Source: Candidatus Moraniibacteriota bacterium
Lineage (GTDB): Bacteria; Patescibacteriota; Minisyncoccia; Moranbacterales; UBA1568
Direction of reading: 5' to 3'
DNA: 64,000 nt
NCBI GenBank assembly: GCA_013334245.1
Contig: JAAXXZ010000002.1
Coordinates: 21,166-85,165 of the forward strand
Notes under the pieces: model-generated
Database searches by the model: none
Seen by the model: the letters and a program-made list of their open reading frames with translations, nothing else
Told to the model about the DNA's origin: nothing
Translations under genes and position numbers: made by a program
Shown here: piece after piece, positions 37,250-47,614 of the stretch
Layout of the letters: each line of letters opens with the position of its first letter
How positions within the stretch are numbered: the stretch's first letter is position 1

Positions 37250-37845
37250 GCGAAGCAAACGTCAAGCCCGGTCGAGCAAAGCGTCTCGTGACCATTTTTC
37301 TGGTAGTTCTTTGTATTTGCGGTGCCGTCTTCCTCTACTTTTTTGCGAATCAGCCGTCGCGAGATACCAAAAAGAGCACATTGGCAACTTCGGATACCAA
37401 AACGGCGGTCCAAAAACCACAAGAAGAATTTGCAGGGAAGTACGTTTCGTTCACACATGGCGGTGATTACGTGGTCAAGACGCATGATACGGATGAGCGA
37501 GAGGGCGCCGTTATTTTGGAAAGCGCCTATCTGAGTGAAACGTCGGCATTATCAAAAAAAATCGGCTTGACGGTGCGATTTCTGCCCTCAAAGAGCGCGG
37601 ATGCTGATCCGGACTATACCATGCGACGGCAGAATCCCGATCGTTACCGGATGGATTCGTTCGATTTTGACGGGATGCAGGGAACATCGTTCACGTCCGT
37701 CGACACGGGGACATTCGAGAAGACGTGCTTTATGCGACACGGGGACAAAATGGTTTCCCTTACGCTGGGTGCTCCCGGCGCGGAAGATGCAAAAGTCGAT
37801 GCCGAGGCCGAAGCGCTCGTGCGGAGCATCCGATGGAACCAATAG
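37246..37845 (+). CDS. Hypothetical membrane-anchored protein (translationally coupled to preceding gene, ATGA overlap)
   Basis: N-terminal TM (LVTIFLVVLCICGAVFLYFFA) and a soluble domain with no recognisable motif. Confidence 0.55.
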   Translation: MSEANVKPGRAKRLVTIFLVVLCICGAVFLYFFANQPSRDTKKSTLATSDTKTAVQKPQEEFAGKYVSFTHGGDYVVKTHDTDEREGAVILESAYLSETSALSKKIGLTVRFLPSKSADADPDYTMRRQNPDRYRMDSFDFDGMQGTSFTSVDTGTFEKTCFMRHGDKMVSLTLGAPGAEDAKVDAEAEALVRSIRWNQ

Positions 37846-38015
37846 GAACGTTCCATGAATACATAATTTTTTAAATGTGATGATGCGTTTTTGATACCGG
37901 AAATAATCTCTGATTCAAGCCAAATTTCGTCAGAAAAGGATTCAAAAAGAAGTAGACGCACTTTTTATGAATGCAAAAAGACTTTCTTCTGTCCGATTTG
38001 AGTAAGTCAACCTGA

Positions 38016-38044
38016 TTTGAGGCTTGACCAAAGGATTTTTTTGC
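38016..38044 (+). promoter_or_regulatory. Consensus promoter TTGACC-17-TATACT upstream of giant gene
   Basis: cttgaccaaaggatttttttgctgtatact. Confidence 0.55.
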
Positions 38045-38067
38045 TGTATACTGTCTCTAGAGATATA

Positions 38068-38115
38068 TGAACGGGTGGCCCGGATTCCTTTTCCGGGCAC
38101 CCGTTTTCTTTTTGC
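38068..38115 (+). promoter_or_regulatory. Leader stem-loop with T-run (terminator/attenuator-like) in 5'UTR of giant gene
   Basis: aacgggtggcccgg-attcctttt-ccgggcacccgtt followed by ttctttttg, between the promoter and the ATG at 38123. Confidence 0.45.
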
Positions 38116-38122
38116 GGCAGCT

Positions 38123-41100
38123 ATGTTGGAGGGAAAAACAAAACACATTTCAAAAATTGCCTTGTATTCCGGAATTCTCGTGATTCTCGGGATTTTTTCG
38201 TTTTCTCAGGAGGCCTTGGCGGCTACTGGAATCAACAGTCAGATCAATTTTCAGGGCAAAGTGGTCAATACCGACGGCACGAACGTTGCGAACGGGAACT
38301 ACAACATGATATTTCGCGTCTATACGGCCTCATCCGGCGGATCGGCGATCTGGACGGAGACATGGAACTCGGGCACGTCGCAGGTCGGCGTTACGGACGG
38401 CATATTCCAGGTCGCGCTCGGAACGCATACATCGTTTCCCGGGTCTATCGACTTCAACACGGACAACATCTACCTCACGGTCGAGTTTAACGGCAACGGC
38501 GAAATGAGCCCGCGTATCCGATTCACTGCCGTTCCCTATGCCTTCAACGCGGAAAAGGTTTCGGGACTGACCGTGACGGATACGACGGGAACGCTGACCG
38601 TCGCGAACGGGAAAACGGTCTCATTCGCCGACGCGTTCACGACTTCCGGAGCCTATCCCCTTACGCTGACAACGACCGCCTCGACCAGCCTTACGCTTCC
38701 GACGACGGGGACGCTGGCGACGCTCGCCGGATCGGAACAGCTCACGAACAAGACCATCGGCTCCACGGGACTGGTATTTTCCGGGGCAACGACGGATATT
38801 GATGCTGCAACCGGGGAAGGGCTTGCGATTCAGGGTCGCGCCGCGTCCTCGTTTTCGACGACGTCCGGGACATTGACGTTCGAGTCTGCCGGAACAGGAA
38901 CAACGGGTATCGTGCAGGTAGGCTCGGGCGGATCCGGATCTGCGACACCGGACTATTTCGGTCTTGACGTGAAGTCGACGACTGGGGATCCCGCCGCCGG
39001 TTTCGAGGGAGCGATGTACTACAACACGTACGACAATAAATTCCGTTGTTATCAGGGTTCGGCCTGGGCGGATTGTATCGGGAGCGGATCGGGCGGCATG
39101 AGCATCGGTGGCACGATTACGAGCGCTACGCAGGGCTCAATCCTTTTCGCCGGATCGGCTGGTATTCTTGCTCAGGATAACGCGAACTTTTTTTGGGACG
39201 ATGCGAATGATTCCCTTGGCCTTGGCACAGCCACCCCGGCTGCCACCCTCGATGTCATTGGCGACGCTCATTTTGGCGACGTCACGAACTATACGGGTAT
39301 CGATGTTGACGGGGACCTTTCCTTTACCGGTACCGCTGACTATCTGGTCGGCGCTAATGACTATGCCTTTCGATATTCCGGAGACGAGGATTTCGGCATG
39401 TTCTTTAATGGCACCAGTGGGACGGTCGACTTACTCGGAGACGGACAGGCGCTCGCCCACCGGTTCAGTGTTGTTGGCGGCACATCATATATCAGCACGG
39501 CACTCGGCATCGGGACGACAGGACCGGATCATATGCTCGACGTCCTCGACGCGTCCAATCCGCAACTGCGCCTCACACATACCGATGGGACCGTCTATAC
39601 CGACTTCCAGACGACCTCTGCCGGAGACCTCACGATCACGCCGTCGGGCGGAGATATGACACTTGTCGGCAATCTTCTCCCGGGAGGCACTTCCGGCACC
39701 TACAACCTCGGTTCCGATACCGCCCGATGGGGTGACCTCTACCTCGACGGCGACACGATCCATATCGGCGCCTCCACAACTGACGAAGGCACCATCGGTT
39801 ACAATGCCTCGACGAACATTCTCTCTTTCGGCACCGATGCTACGACCAACGGCGACATCGCCTTCTTCACCGACGATCTGTATCTCGACAAGTCGAGCGG
39901 ATATGTGGGGATCAATACCACCGCTCCATCCGACCGTTTTCACCTCAAGGGTGGCACGCTACGTGTGGATGCGCCGTCGAATCCCACACTGACAGGTACC
40001 TACAATACGAGCGGATATGCACAAGGTGTCGCCGTGTCCGGTCGCTATGCCTATGTCGCCGATTCTACCGCAGGCCTCCACATCATCGACATATCCAATC
40101 CCGCAAGCCCGTCCCTTGTCGGTACCTACAATACGAGTGGAACTGCATACAGTGTCGCCGTGTCCGGCCGTTATGCCTATGTTGACGACTCCGCTTCAGG
40201 CCTCCACATCATCGACATATCCAATCCCGCAAGTCCGTCCCTTGTCGGTACCTACGATACGAGCGGATATGCATACAGTGTCGCTGTCTCCGGCCGCTAT
40301 GCCTATGTCGCCGATTCTACCGCAGGCCTCCACATCATCGACATATCCAATCCCGCAAGCCCGTCCCTTGTCGGTACCTACGATACGAGTGGAGACGCAA
40401 TCGGCGTCGCCGTGTCCGGTCGCTATGCCTATGTTGCCGATCATAGCTCAGGCCTCCACATCATCGACATATCCAATCCCGCAAGCCCGTCCCTTGTCGG
40501 TACCTACAATACGAGTGGAACTGCATACAGTGTCGCCGTGTCCGGTCGCTATGCCTATGTTGCCGATGTGGGTTCCGGCCTCCACATCATCGACATATCC
40601 AATCCCGCAAGCCCGTCCCTTGTCGGTACCTACGATACGAGCGGATATGCACAAGGTGTCGCCGTGTCCGGCCGCTATGCCTATGTTTCTGATTCTACCG
40701 CAGGCCTCCAAGTCATCGACATATCCAATCCCGCAAGCCCGTCCCTTGTCGGTACCTATAATACGAGCGGAGAAGCAATCGGCATCGCCGTGTCCGGCCG
40801 CTATGCCTATGTTTCCGATTCTACCGCAGGCCTCCAAGTCATCGACATCGGCGGTACCGATACCCATGCCCTCGTCGCCGGCGAAACCGAGACCGGCTTC
40901 CTCTCCGTCAATGGCAATGCCCAAGTGGCGCAGAACCTCTCGGTGAACGGGGGACTGTCTGTCGGTCCGGGTGGTATTCTCTCGCAGGGAGCGGGATCGG
41001 TGTATGCCAACGGTGCCAATACCGCCTTTACAGTGACACAGTATGGTACTGGCGACATTCTCAATCTTTTCGACGGCGCGACCGAAGTATTGACCGTTCT

Positions 41101-43810
41101 TGACGGTGGCAACGCCGGTATTGGCACTTCCTCCCCCGACCGTCGTCTCGACGTCCTCGACACCTCCAATCCGCAACTGCGCCTCACCTATACCGACGGC
41201 TCGGTCTATACCGACTTCCAGACGACCTCTGGTGGAGACCTCACGATCACGCCGTCGGGTGGGGATACCCGCGTTGCGGGAACCCTGGGCATTCTCGAAG
41301 GTGGCACCACACCTAGCTACTACACGATCTTCCAGGGAGGGGACCAGAGTGCCGACATTACCTATACCCTCCCGACCGGAGCTCCGGCGTCGAACGGGTA
41401 TGTGCTCTCGTCAACGACCGAGGGCGTGATGTCGTGGATTGCGGCGGGATCTGGCAGTACGACGCTTCAAACCGCTTATAATACCACTAGCGGTAACACC
41501 ATAACGACGACGACCGGAAGGAACGTCATCTTCACGTTGGCGGAACTCGCGACAGCGACCTCGTTTACGATCGAGAACCAGGATACGGGCGGTGCGGCGG
41601 CGGAGAAGATTACGAACTCCATCGCGTCCGGCACGCTGACTAACGGACTCCAGTTCGAGCAGACCGGTGCAGGCACGGTTACGAATGCCATAAGCATCCT
41701 GAGAACGGCGGGGACCATCACGAAAGGCATCGACATTTCCGGCACCGTGGGAACGGGCATTTCGATCGGCTCGAGCGTTACGACCGGCATCGCCTTCGCC
41801 GGGACGACGAATACGATCGATATGAACAATGCCTCGAACAGTACGCTTTCCATAACAAACTCGGGGACCGGTGTCGCGTCGGTCTCTGTCGAGGCGGGAG
41901 GTTCCTATACCGGCGCGGGCGCGGTGACGCTCTCATCTGCCGCTGCGACGGGTCTGACGATCGACTCCGGTACGACGGGCAACCTTGATATCGGCACCGG
42001 TGCCAATGCCAAGACCGTTACGATCGGAAACGCCACCGGAGCAACCGCGGTGAACATCAGTTCTGGGACGGCCGGTATCAAACTGCAGGCAGCCGGAACC
42101 GGCACTACCGGAACCGTGCAGATCGGTGAGGGCGGCCTTACGGGGTCGACGACGCCCGATCTCCTGGCTTTCGATACGAAGAGTGACTCGGGAAATCCGG
42201 CCGGAGCGGAAGGAAAGATGTACTATAACCTGTACGATCACAAGTTCCGCTGCTATCAGAACTCAGACTGGACGGATTGCGTGGGTATCACGTCCATCAA
42301 TACCACGTTGCCGGTGTTCCGTGCCGTGGGAACGTCGGCTACTGGAACCGGCGCGGTCAACCCGGGACTGCCTGCCGGGCACGTCGCGAACGATATCTTG
42401 ATCTTGTTCGTGCAGTCCGACAACGAGGCGGTGACGGCACCGGCCGGATATACGCAGATCGGCCCACAGCACGGCAGCGGTACGAACGCGACCGCCCTCG
42501 GGAACCGTTTGGCCATGTTCTGGAAACGTGATTCCGGATCGGAAAGCGCCCCGACCGTCGCGGACTCCGGGGACCACACTTTCGCGGTCATAGCGGCGTT
42601 CAGCGGTTGTCCGACGACGGGCGATCCGTTCAAATATATCGCTGGCGGCGAGAAATCGACGGCGAGCGTGACGGGAACGGCTAGCGGCGGACAGACGACC
42701 ATAGACAATTCGCTCGTCGTCGTGGCATTCGCCAACTCCGTCGACGGGGCGACATCGACGATGTATAGCGGTTGGACGAATGCGAGCCTTTCAAGTGTCA
42801 CGGAAATATTCGATACGGGTGTCGCGGATGGAAACGGCGGCAGTATCGGTATCATGACAGGCGCGAAGGCATCGGCTGGATCGGTCAGTTCGACGACGGT
42901 GACGGAGACCAGTGCCGTAGACGCTTATACGACCATAGCCCTTCTTCCTGCCGATGAAAAACAGATCGGAGCCTCGAACGAGGGTGTCGAGATACAGGAA
43001 TTCACCAATACCAACGCGACCGCGGATACGTGGGTCATGCCGTACGGCGCGCAGTCGGTGGAAATCATTGCAATCGGTGGCGGCGGTGCAGGAGGCCAGG
43101 GTATCGCTGCGACCGCCGCAGGCGGTGGTGGTGGTGGAGGTGGAGCCTATTCTAGAAAAGTTTTCGATGCATACGAATTGCCATCTACTCTGACGGTTAC
43201 CGTCGGCAAAGGCGGTGTCGGCGGCGCGACCAAATCCGCCGCGACGGCGTCGACCGTGACGGGAGGCGGTAGGACGCTTGTCAGCGCGGGATTCGGCGTG
43301 ATCGGAATCGCAGCTTCGTCTGGGAGCGGCGGCGGAGGCGGTGGCGGTGGTTCGGTGGGATCGCTGGCAGTCGCGGCAAACGGAAATCCCGGCGTACAGG
43401 GCCCTGGCGGCGGTGGCGCGGGCGGTGGAACGGGCGCGACGACCGGAGCTGTCGGAGGAAAAGGCTATGAAGGCGGTGGCGGTGGTGGAGGCGGAAAGAA
43501 CGCCGCAGGAACGGGAACCGGTGGGACCTCGGAACACGGTGGTGGTGGTGGAGGAGGGGGAGGTTCCGTGACGAACGGAGCCGTCGGTGGTGTCGGCGGC
43601 GCGGGTCAGGCTGGCGGTAGCAACGCGGGTGGGTCCGCGACGGCAACCGGTATGTTCACGCTGGGAGGGTCCGGGGGAGGAGGAAACTTCAGCACGGGAA
43701 CCGGCGGCAACGGCGCACAGCCGGGCGGTGGTGGCGGTGGAGGAGGTGCCACGACGAACAACGGTGGTAACGGCGCTGCCGGTGCGATCACAATCATCGT
43801 GCATTTCTAG
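38123..43810 (+). CDS. Giant secreted surface protein (~1896 aa) with 7 LVIVD beta-propeller repeats, internal large-scale duplication and C-terminal poly-Gly region
   Basis: Signal peptide ([24 protein letters not shown]). LVIVD-type repeats ([31 protein letters not shown]) x7. Duplicated blocks (MYYN.YD.KFRCYQ.S.W.DC.G; [36 protein letters not shown]). Gly-rich tail (runs of 8-9 Gly). The track start at 38024 precedes the predicted promoter, so the ATG at 38123 is preferred. Confidence 0.8.
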   Translation: MLEGKTKHISKIALYSGILVILGIFSFSQEALAATGINSQINFQGKVVNTDGTNVANGNYNMIFRVYTASSGGSAIWTETWNSGTSQVGVTDGIFQVALGTHTSFPGSIDFNTDNIYLTVEFNGNGEMSPRIRFTAVPYAFNAEKVSGLTVTDTTGTLTVANGKTVSFADAFTTSGAYPLTLTTTASTSLTLPTTGTLATLAGSEQLTNKTIGSTGLVFSGATTDIDAATGEGLAIQGRAASSFSTTSGTLTFESAGTGTTGIVQVGSGGSGSATPDYFGLDVKSTTGDPAAGFEGAMYYNTYDNKFRCYQGSAWADCIGSGSGGMSIGGTITSATQGSILFAGSAGILAQDNANFFWDDANDSLGLGTATPAATLDVIGDAHFGDVTNYTGIDVDGDLSFTGTADYLVGANDYAFRYSGDEDFGMFFNGTSGTVDLLGDGQALAHRFSVVGGTSYISTALGIGTTGPDHMLDVLDASNPQLRLTHTDGTVYTDFQTTSAGDLTITPSGGDMTLVGNLLPGGTSGTYNLGSDTARWGDLYLDGDTIHIGASTTDEGTIGYNASTNILSFGTDATTNGDIAFFTDDLYLDKSSGYVGINTTAPSDRFHLKGGTLRVDAPSNPTLTGTYNTSGYAQGVAVSGRYAYVADSTAGLHIIDISNPASPSLVGTYNTSGTAYSVAVSGRYAYVDDSASGLHIIDISNPASPSLVGTYDTSGYAYSVAVSGRYAYVADSTAGLHIIDISNPASPSLVGTYDTSGDAIGVAVSGRYAYVADHSSGLHIIDISNPASPSLVGTYNTSGTAYSVAVSGRYAYVADVGSGLHIIDISNPASPSLVGTYDTSGYAQGVAVSGRYAYVSDSTAGLQVIDISNPASPSLVGTYNTSGEAIGIAVSGRYAYVSDSTAGLQVIDIGGTDTHALVAGETETGFLSVNGNAQVAQNLSVNGGLSVGPGGILSQGAGSVYANGANTAFTVTQYGTGDILNLFDGATEVLTVLDGGNAGIGTSSPDRRLDVLDTSNPQLRLTYTDGSVYTDFQTTSGGDLTITPSGGDTRVAGTLGILEGGTTPSYYTIFQGGDQSADITYTLPTGAPASNGYVLSSTTEGVMSWIAAGSGSTTLQTAYNTTSGNTITTTTGRNVIFTLAELATATSFTIENQDTGGAAAEKITNSIASGTLTNGLQFEQTGAGTVTNAISILRTAGTITKGIDISGTVGTGISIGSSVTTGIAFAGTTNTIDMNNASNSTLSITNSGTGVASVSVEAGGSYTGAGAVTLSSAAATGLTIDSGTTGNLDIGTGANAKTVTIGNATGATAVNISSGTAGIKLQAAGTGTTGTVQIGEGGLTGSTTPDLLAFDTKSDSGNPAGAEGKMYYNLYDHKFRCYQNSDWTDCVGITSINTTLPVFRAVGTSATGTGAVNPGLPAGHVANDILILFVQSDNEAVTAPAGYTQIGPQHGSGTNATALGNRLAMFWKRDSGSESAPTVADSGDHTFAVIAAFSGCPTTGDPFKYIAGGEKSTASVTGTASGGQTTIDNSLVVVAFANSVDGATSTMYSGWTNASLSSVTEIFDTGVADGNGGSIGIMTGAKASAGSVSSTTVTETSAVDAYTTIALLPADEKQIGASNEGVEIQEFTNTNATADTWVMPYGAQSVEIIAIGGGGAGGQGIAATAAGGGGGGGGAYSRKVFDAYELPSTLTVTVGKGGVGGATKSAATASTVTGGGRTLVSAGFGVIGIAASSGSGGGGGGGGSVGSLAVAANGNPGVQGPGGGGAGGGTGATTGAVGGKGYEGGGGGGGGKNAAGTGTGGTSEHGGGGGGGGGSVTNGAVGGVGGAGQAGGSNAGGSATATGMFTLGGSGGGGNFSTGTGGNGAQPGGGGGGGGATTNNGGNGAAGAITIIVHF
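39989..40870 (+). repeat. Seven near-identical in-frame 126-bp tandem repeats (LVIVD units) inside giant gene
   Basis: The unit cttgtcggtacctacaatacgag...ccaatcccgcaagcccgtcc recurs at 40115, 40241, 40367, 40493, 40619 and 40745, with a first degenerate unit at about 39989. Nucleotide identity is very high. Confidence 0.9.
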
Positions 43811-43841
43811 ACTCAGGTGATTTCGACCAAGAAAGATACAT

Positions 43842-44624
43842 ATGCGGAAAATGCAGTTCATCATCATCGGAATCGTTTTCGTTCTCCCGTTCCGTGCGGA
43901 GGCGGCGTATTTCACTCGGACGGAGGATAACCGGATCGAGGTATCCGGAGACTGTCGTTCGAACGGTGTCGACGTACTTATCCGGCTTTCGGAGGCAAGA
44001 AACGCATCGAAGACCGTCTATACGGCCGGTTCGTCGTGCGCGAACGGAAAATTCTTATTCAGCGACGACCTGACGAAGTGGCATTTTCCGGACGGACGGT
44101 ATGTCGTGACGGTGAATGGCGAAAAGACCGGGAAAGCGGTGGAGAAAAAATCTGATGCCGTCGAAGTCCGTGATGATGCGGAGCCGTCCGAAACAAAACG
44201 ACAGGATGCATCGTCGTCGGATGTCCCAGGTGTTGAGAGAGTCTCGGAACCGAAAGTGAATTTCTTGGAAGCATTCGCGACGCTTCAGCAATCCCTCGCG
44301 GATATGCGTTTGTGGCTTGCCGATTCCGAGTATCCGGAACCGATGAAAGTCGGCTTGGATGCGGCGATTGACGGGGTAGACCTCGCTGCCGGAAAGATCG
44401 CCGACCTTTTGTTCGCATCGGAAAGCGCACACGCTGCCACGACCGATGGAAGCGAGACGACAGGAAAGGTGCAGGCGACGGAAAACGCGACAATATCGCA
44501 GGGCGAGGCTTCCGGCACGGCGGACGCGACGACGACTTCGATACGTGAAGCGTCGGATCTTGCCACAACGTCGATCGATGCGGGAGGATTGCTGACCTCG
44601 GGCGGTCTGAGTGTTTCGCCTTAG
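43842..44624 (+). CDS. Hypothetical secreted protein
   Basis: Signal peptide (MQFIIIGIVFVLPFRAEAA). The C-terminal half is acidic and Thr/Ala-rich. Confidence 0.55.
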   Translation: MRKMQFIIIGIVFVLPFRAEAAYFTRTEDNRIEVSGDCRSNGVDVLIRLSEARNASKTVYTAGSSCANGKFLFSDDLTKWHFPDGRYVVTVNGEKTGKAVEKKSDAVEVRDDAEPSETKRQDASSSDVPGVERVSEPKVNFLEAFATLQQSLADMRLWLADSEYPEPMKVGLDAAIDGVDLAAGKIADLLFASESAHAATTDGSETTGKVQATENATISQGEASGTADATTTSIREASDLATTSIDAGGLLTSGGLSVSP

Positions 44625-44716
44625 GGAACGACGAATGTTCGTCCGGAGAGGTGGAGATGCCGTCTTCCGGGTAATGAACAATCAAAAGGAACGCGCCTTC
44701 CCGGCGCGTATTTTTC

Positions 44717-45742
44717 TTGCGTGTGATTTTCGTAATGGGTATAATGGTCTCAAAGAGAAATATAAACGGAACACGTATGCCGCAAAAGAAAAAAACGAAT
44801 GCCATATCGGCGGAGGCGCCGCTTGAGTCGGAAACCGAACCGAAGAAAACGCTTGCCACGATGAAGACATTCCAGAAAAATGAATCCGTTCAGGTGGCTC
44901 CCGTCGCAGTGAAGACGAAGCCAGGTATCAAGATCACGAAAGTTTCGGATTCCGGTAAGACGAGCCGGAAAGACAAGACCGGGATGACGATGTGGTTCGT
45001 CGGTGCTGTCCTTCTGTTGGCCGCACTCGGAGCGGCGATCTATTTCTATATCGCGTACCGCCAGGCGATCGAAGCCAGACCGGCGGAAAGCGAGGTCGGA
45101 CAGCTGATCGCCCGCATCTCTCGTTTTATGGAGCTCCCGGCCGGAGAGACGCCCACTTTGGCGACCGTCACCGATAAGGGAAAGTTGTCCGGTCAGGATT
45201 TTTTTGCGATCGCCGAAAACGGGGACAAGGTCCTGATCTACGAAAAGGCGGCGAAGGCGGTATTGTTCCGCCCATCGACCGGCAGGGTCATGAATGTCGC
45301 TCCTATAAATACGTCGGCGGAGACGGAGAAAACGTCGGCCGAACCCGCCACCCAGACGCTAGCCGAGTCTCCCTCGGAGAATGTGACGCCGACGGAGCCG
45401 GCGACGACGGATGGCGCTGCAGCGGCCCAGATTCAATCTGCGCCGGTCGGTAAGGCGAAGGTGGCGCTCTATAACGGCAGTACGACGGTCGGGATAACGA
45501 CGAAGGTGGAAAAGGAGCTTGCAACGGGCTTGGCCGATTCGGTGGAAGTGGTCGCCAAGGACGCCGCTTCCAAGAAAGATTACGAGGGGGTGACGGTCGT
45601 TGATCTTTCGGGGGCGAGGTCGCAGGATGCGTCGTCCATAGCGGGTTTGCTCGGGGGGGCCGTCGCAACCGCTCTTCCAGACAGCGAGGCGACTCCGGAG
45701 GGGGCGGATATCGTCGTCATCATCGGCAACGTGAAAAAGTGA
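44717..45742 (+). CDS. Membrane-anchored protein with C-terminal LytR_C-like domain
   Basis: TM (MWFVGAVLLLAALGAAIYFYIA). The C-terminus (KVALYNGSTTVGITTKVEKELATGLADSVEVVAKDAA...VVIIGN) resembles the LytR_C domain of the 28226 ORF. Start uncertain (alternative MPQKKK at 44778). A terminator follows at 45768-45795. Confidence 0.55.
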   Translation: MRVIFVMGIMVSKRNINGTRMPQKKKTNAISAEAPLESETEPKKTLATMKTFQKNESVQVAPVAVKTKPGIKITKVSDSGKTSRKDKTGMTMWFVGAVLLLAALGAAIYFYIAYRQAIEARPAESEVGQLIARISRFMELPAGETPTLATVTDKGKLSGQDFFAIAENGDKVLIYEKAAKAVLFRPSTGRVMNVAPINTSAETEKTSAEPATQTLAESPSENVTPTEPATTDGAAAAQIQSAPVGKAKVALYNGSTTVGITTKVEKELATGLADSVEVVAKDAASKKDYEGVTVVDLSGARSQDASSIAGLLGGAVATALPDSEATPEGADIVVIIGNVKK

Positions 45743-45822
45743 GGAGACTTTTCTTTCGGACTGAAAATCCCCTGAGAAGGGGATTTTTTTCTTTTTTATC
45801 CGCTTTTCCGTATAATGGAATC

Positions 45823-47268
45823 ATGAAATCAAGGAAGCAAAAAAACAAGTGGAAGAAAGTCGCGGGAATCCATGTCCGTGTGTCCGTTTGGATGTTCGTC
45901 TCGTACCTCGTCCTTTCGGTCGCCTACAGCCCGGAGTTCCTGGTTTCCGATATCCGACATAAATGGAGCGCGCTTGCCGACGACACCATAACGATAACGG
46001 GTCGGGTATTGGGACCGCCGCAGAAGGCAGTCGTGACGGCTGATTCGGTATGTTCGGCCGGAACTCTTTCCGTGAGGCTGGATTGGGCGGATGACGAGAA
46101 CTCCCAGTCGTTCGATGTGCTGCGCGATGGCGCTCCGCTTGTGACGGGGCTCGGGTCCTCTTCATATGTCGATACGACGGTCGTTGTCGGGGAAACGTAC
46201 TCGTATGAGGTCGTTTCAAACGGCCCCATGAGCCCCGGCTCGGCGACATCGGATCCGGTTGCCGCGGTCATGCCGGACGAATGTGTCGTCGTGTTCGTGC
46301 CTTCCGTCGAGATAGTTTCTTTCCAAGGAAAGGCGATTTCCGATTACGTTGGCATCCCGAAGACGGACGCGAGGAAACCGACTATAACCGGGACGACGAA
46401 TATCCCGTCCGCACAGGTCGATTTCCTCATAAACGATTCTGTGGTCGTATCGTCGCGCGTATTCGCGAATACGAACGGCTACTGGAGCTTCAGGGTTCCG
46501 ACGAACCTGTCGTATGGGACGCATACAATATTCGTGACGGCTTCGGATCCCGCCAATCCCTCTGTTACCGTTTCAAAAAGTCTTACGTTCCGTATCGTGA
46601 AGAATAAGAGCGACGGCGATGACGATACGAAGACCGAGCCGGCGTTGCCGAGTACTCCCAAGCCGTCCGTTCCGGGTACCGCGCCCACCCTTTCTCTGGA
46701 ACGACCGGCCACGACGTCCCCGGAATCGGTTCCGCTCGATTATACCCTCCGTCCGCTTTCGGAAGAGGTTTATCAGGGTCGCGACGTGTCTTTCGAAGTA
46801 CGGATTATCCGACTTGATCCCGCATACGCCGGCACGTCGGCGGTGGCGAAATATTCGTTGATCGACCATGAGGGCAGAGTGGTCGCTACGTCCGTCGGTA
46901 ACGTCGCGCTACGGTCAGGCGAATCGGTTTTCGATCGGATATATCTTCCACCATACGTGAGCGGGGGGCAGTACCGGCTGCGCGCCGAACTTTTCTTTGG
47001 CAAGTATGCGGTAAGCCGGGAAGCTCCCGTGACCGTTCTGCCGTTGCCGATATTGTCCTTCGGCGGGGGACTTATGCTAACGTATCCGGATTTGCTGAGC
47101 CGTATCGGCACGATATCCATGCTCCTCCTCCTGCTCCTCCTCTTATGGCTGTCACTGTTCTTGCGTGAGTATCTCCTCTATTCCGAATCGATCCGTCACA
47201 TCACTGAGCGGAATCTGATCGGTGCCGGCTTTTTCGGCCGGAAAAAAAGGAAGGGGGTGTCAGGCTGA
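45823..47268 (+). CDS. Hypothetical membrane-anchored protein with Ig/FN3-like segments and C-terminal poly-Leu TM
   Basis: Start MKSRKQKNK preceded by a TATAAT box at 45811. The track start at 45739 would span the upstream terminator. N-terminal TM, beta-rich middle, C-terminal LLLLLLLLWLSLFL. Confidence 0.55.
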   Translation: MKSRKQKNKWKKVAGIHVRVSVWMFVSYLVLSVAYSPEFLVSDIRHKWSALADDTITITGRVLGPPQKAVVTADSVCSAGTLSVRLDWADDENSQSFDVLRDGAPLVTGLGSSSYVDTTVVVGETYSYEVVSNGPMSPGSATSDPVAAVMPDECVVVFVPSVEIVSFQGKAISDYVGIPKTDARKPTITGTTNIPSAQVDFLINDSVVVSSRVFANTNGYWSFRVPTNLSYGTHTIFVTASDPANPSVTVSKSLTFRIVKNKSDGDDDTKTEPALPSTPKPSVPGTAPTLSLERPATTSPESVPLDYTLRPLSEEVYQGRDVSFEVRIIRLDPAYAGTSAVAKYSLIDHEGRVVATSVGNVALRSGESVFDRIYLPPYVSGGQYRLRAELFFGKYAVSREAPVTVLPLPILSFGGGLMLTYPDLLSRIGTISMLLLLLLLLWLSLFLREYLLYSESIRHITERNLIGAGFFGRKKRKGVSG

Positions 47269-47269
47269 T

Positions 47270-47587
47270 ATGGAAACGCTTTCATTGATCGTCGACTCGA
47301 TTCTCTTCGTCTCACTCCTACTTTCCATCGTTTTCACCGCCGGAGTGGTGTGGCGAGTCGAAATGAGGCTCGATGTCTCATATAAGTTCTATCTCGCGGC
47401 CATCGTCTGTTTTCTCCTGGCGGAAATTTTCGATCTCTGGTATGTTCCGGAGACCAGGGAGATAGCGATCTTAGCCTCTCATGCGCTCCGAACGCTCTTT
47501 TCGGTCCTGTTCCTGGCCGGCATCCTGTCCATGCGGCGCATCGTGCGCGATATGGACGGGGAACGCCGAAAGAAGGGACGAAAATAA
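47270..47587 (+). CDS. Hypothetical small membrane protein
   Basis: Three hydrophobic helices. Start at METLSLIV, 2 nt after the previous stop. Confidence 0.45.
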   Translation: METLSLIVDSILFVSLLLSIVFTAGVVWRVEMRLDVSYKFYLAAIVCFLLAEIFDLWYVPETREIAILASHALRTLFSVLFLAGILSMRRIVRDMDGERRKKGRK

Positions 47588-47614
47588 GGGAATAACCGGT
47601 AATGCCCAGAGACA

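Noticed and set aside
39989-40870. Regular ~126-bp periodic repeats, considered as a possible CRISPR-like array
   Set aside because: The repeats are contiguous with no spacers, are in-frame coding for LVIVD units, and lie inside a long ORF. This is not a CRISPR array. I see no CRISPR array elsewhere in the window.
40017-40946. 309-aa Pro/Ser-rich ORF ([13 protein letters not shown]... repeats) in an alternative plus frame across the LVIVD repeat region
   Set aside because: This is a frame artefact of the 126-bp tandem DNA repeats. The LVIVD reading frame is continuous with the 1928-aa giant ORF.
42791-43915. 374-aa minus-strand ORF antisense to the Gly-rich tail of the giant gene
   Set aside because: The GGN-rich sense strand gives a long open antisense frame (Pro/Ala/Thr-rich) by composition alone.
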